Positions 62,587 to 64,000 of a stretch of 64,000 bases of DNA are shown here, one piece after another. The stretch spans positions 62,001 to 126,000 of the forward strand of contig JBBDMM010000001.1 of the NCBI GenBank assembly GCA_040878325.1. Direction: 5' to 3'. The DNA comes from Acidimicrobiia bacterium. GTDB taxonomy: Bacteria; Actinomycetota; Acidimicrobiia; Spongiisociales; UBA11373. The position numbers were made by a program, and so were the translations under genes. Each line of letters starts with the position of its first letter. The first letter of the stretch is position 1. A model generated the notes under the pieces. That model searched no databases. It worked only from the letters and a program-made list of their open reading frames with translations, and was not told the DNA's origin.

Positions 62587-63711
62587 TTAGAAGTCGCAGT
62601 CGATCAGCGCGGTCAGGCCGAGCAACTCGGTGAGCGCCGCCCTCGTCCCCCGACCGATGATTCCGTCGACTCCCAGGCCCCTCGCCTCCTGGAATGCCCG
62701 CACCGAGTTGTAGGTCTTCGCACCGAAGTGTCCATCGGGCGGGCCAGGATCGTGTCCGACGACTGCCAGCAAGCCCTGGAGCTGGGCGACGTCCGCACCA
62801 GAGGCGCCGTACCCGATTGAGCGGCTATCGGGGTTGAGGACCGATGCCTTGTCGGCGAGGTCGGACAGTTGGATGATCGCCGACCTGGTGGGCTTCTTGA
62901 CCTTGCCGTTGACCTTCAGGTCGTACGCCTCCTGGAACGCCTTCACCGCCCGCTTGGTGAGGCTGCCGAAGATTCCGTCGATCGGTCCGGGCTGGAATTC
63001 GAATGTGTTGAGGAACACCTGGAGGGCGCGCACCTGCTCACCAGCGCTCCCCTTCATCAGCCGACCTCTGCCTTCTACCAACGCCGACACATCGCTCAGC
63101 TCCCTGACGGAACAGACCGAGAGGCCCTGTGACTTGCGCAACGCATCGAATGGGTTGACGAGGACGCCGTCGGGGTCATAGAGCTCGAAGTGGAGGTGGG
63201 GTGCGGTGTTCTCGGCGTTGCCGGAGTCGCCGACCCAGCCGATCACGTCGCCGGCGTTGACCCTCGTTCCAGGGACGATGCCGGGGGCGATTCCCCACGC
63301 CTGGCCGTCGTCGGTGCCCGGAGTGTCGTTGTTGAGGTGGATGTACCAACTCTGCCAACCGTCGTCGTGGCGAATCACCAGGTTGCAGCAACGGTGCGGG
63401 TTGAGGTTTGCGGGGTCGGTCGACCAGTTGACATAGGTCACAGTGCCGGTGGCAGCGGCGACGACCGGCACCATCTTCTCGGCCATGATGTCCTGGGCGT
63501 GATGGAGTCCGTTCCCCCGATATGCCCAGAACCAGTCGTAGTACCAGTGGTCTCCCTGCACCGGAAACACCAGTGGATAGTCGACCATCTGACCGTACGA
63601 ATGAACCGTCCCGCCGAAGGGGGTCTGGTGGTTGGCCGAGGCGACAGGCGCCATCCCGATTCCCGACACCGCCAGTGCTCCAACGATCATCAGCCGCAAA
63701 AATCCTCGCAT
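62587..63711 (-). CDS. Secreted M23 peptidase with two peptidoglycan-binding domains
   Basis: Signal peptide; H.AQD, YIHL, GDSGNA..PHLHFE; two LQ..L...G..DG.FG..T..AV..FQ repeats. Confidence 0.9.
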   Translation of the reverse strand: MRGFLRLMIVGALAVSGIGMAPVASANHQTPFGGTVHSYGQMVDYPLVFPVQGDHWYYDWFWAYRGNGLHHAQDIMAEKMVPVVAAATGTVTYVNWSTDPANLNPHRCCNLVIRHDDGWQSWYIHLNNDTPGTDDGQAWGIAPGIVPGTRVNAGDVIGWVGDSGNAENTAPHLHFELYDPDGVLVNPFDALRKSQGLSVCSVRELSDVSALVEGRGRLMKGSAGEQVRALQVFLNTFEFQPGPIDGIFGSLTKRAVKAFQEAYDLKVNGKVKKPTRSAIIQLSDLADKASVLNPDSRSIGYGASGADVAQLQGLLAVVGHDPGPPDGHFGAKTYNSVRAFQEARGLGVDGIIGRGTRAALTELLGLTALIDCDF

Positions 63712-63802
63712 GATCCTTCTCCGCTAGCTCCGCCGGCCACCCGGCGTCACAGATCGAATCGGCGGGAAAGTCGCGAAACCTAAGACAAGTCGCGCGGGAG
63801 GA

Positions 63803-64000
63803 TCAAAAAACTCGGCCGGAGGGCGAGTGGCCTCGCAGGGCCCCCAAGGAATCCCGCAGCAAACGGGGCCCGGAATAAACCAAGCCCGTGTACATCTGAA
63901 CGAGCACCGCCCCCGCCTCGAGGCGGTCCCGCACGTCATCCGGGCTCATCACGCCGCCCGACGCGACGATCGGCAACGAGGTCGCCGCCACGGCGCGCCG
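63803..64000 (-). CDS. pyrD: Quinone-dependent dihydroorotate dehydrogenase, C-terminal part (truncated by window edge)
   Basis: LPIVASGGVMSPDDV...AGAVLVQMYTGLVYSGP. Confidence 0.85.
   Translation of the reverse strand, partial: RRAVAATSLPIVASGGVMSPDDVRDRLEAGAVLVQMYTGLVYSGPRLLRDSLGALRGHSPSGRVF

Overview
High-GC actinobacterial chromosome segment; the gene content and protein style suggest Acidimicrobiia (inference). The left half is the conserved minus-strand block thrS ... pgsA-patA-pimA-pdxS-pdxT-yebC-ruvCAB-queA-tgt-yajC-secD-secF-apt-rel, with EF-G2, citrate synthase and an MMPL/RND gene lying between thrS and pgsA. The middle (about 24-35.5 kb) is accessory. It holds small genes, a frameshifted APH-family kinase, a DUF222-like/HNH gene, tRNA-Val(CAC) followed by an att-like tRNA-Val(GAC) 3' relic, a cyclase-ATPase-TPR gene and a deletion scar. 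Next come a purC-S-Q-L-F-M-(N::H fusion)-D-E operon, carAB, sthA, an orphan OppB/OppC-like permease pair, a USP::ABC1-kinase fusion, a Trx-NHL lipoprotein, a second DUF222-HNH gene, fadD, an M23 peptidase and the 3' end of pyrD. The main non-obvious signals are: (i) the same TGTCAC-N10-(T/C)ANNNT promoter (RecA-NDp/PafBC-like) before ruvC and both HNH genes, plus a LexA-like box on the ruvC start; (ii) a dispersed family of 7-bp tandem arrays at gene ends, five of them ending in GCAAGA; (iii) two unusual protein fusions; (iv) small ORFs missed by the ORF track; (v) frequent leaderless gene starts. All calls come from reading motifs by eye; no database search was run.
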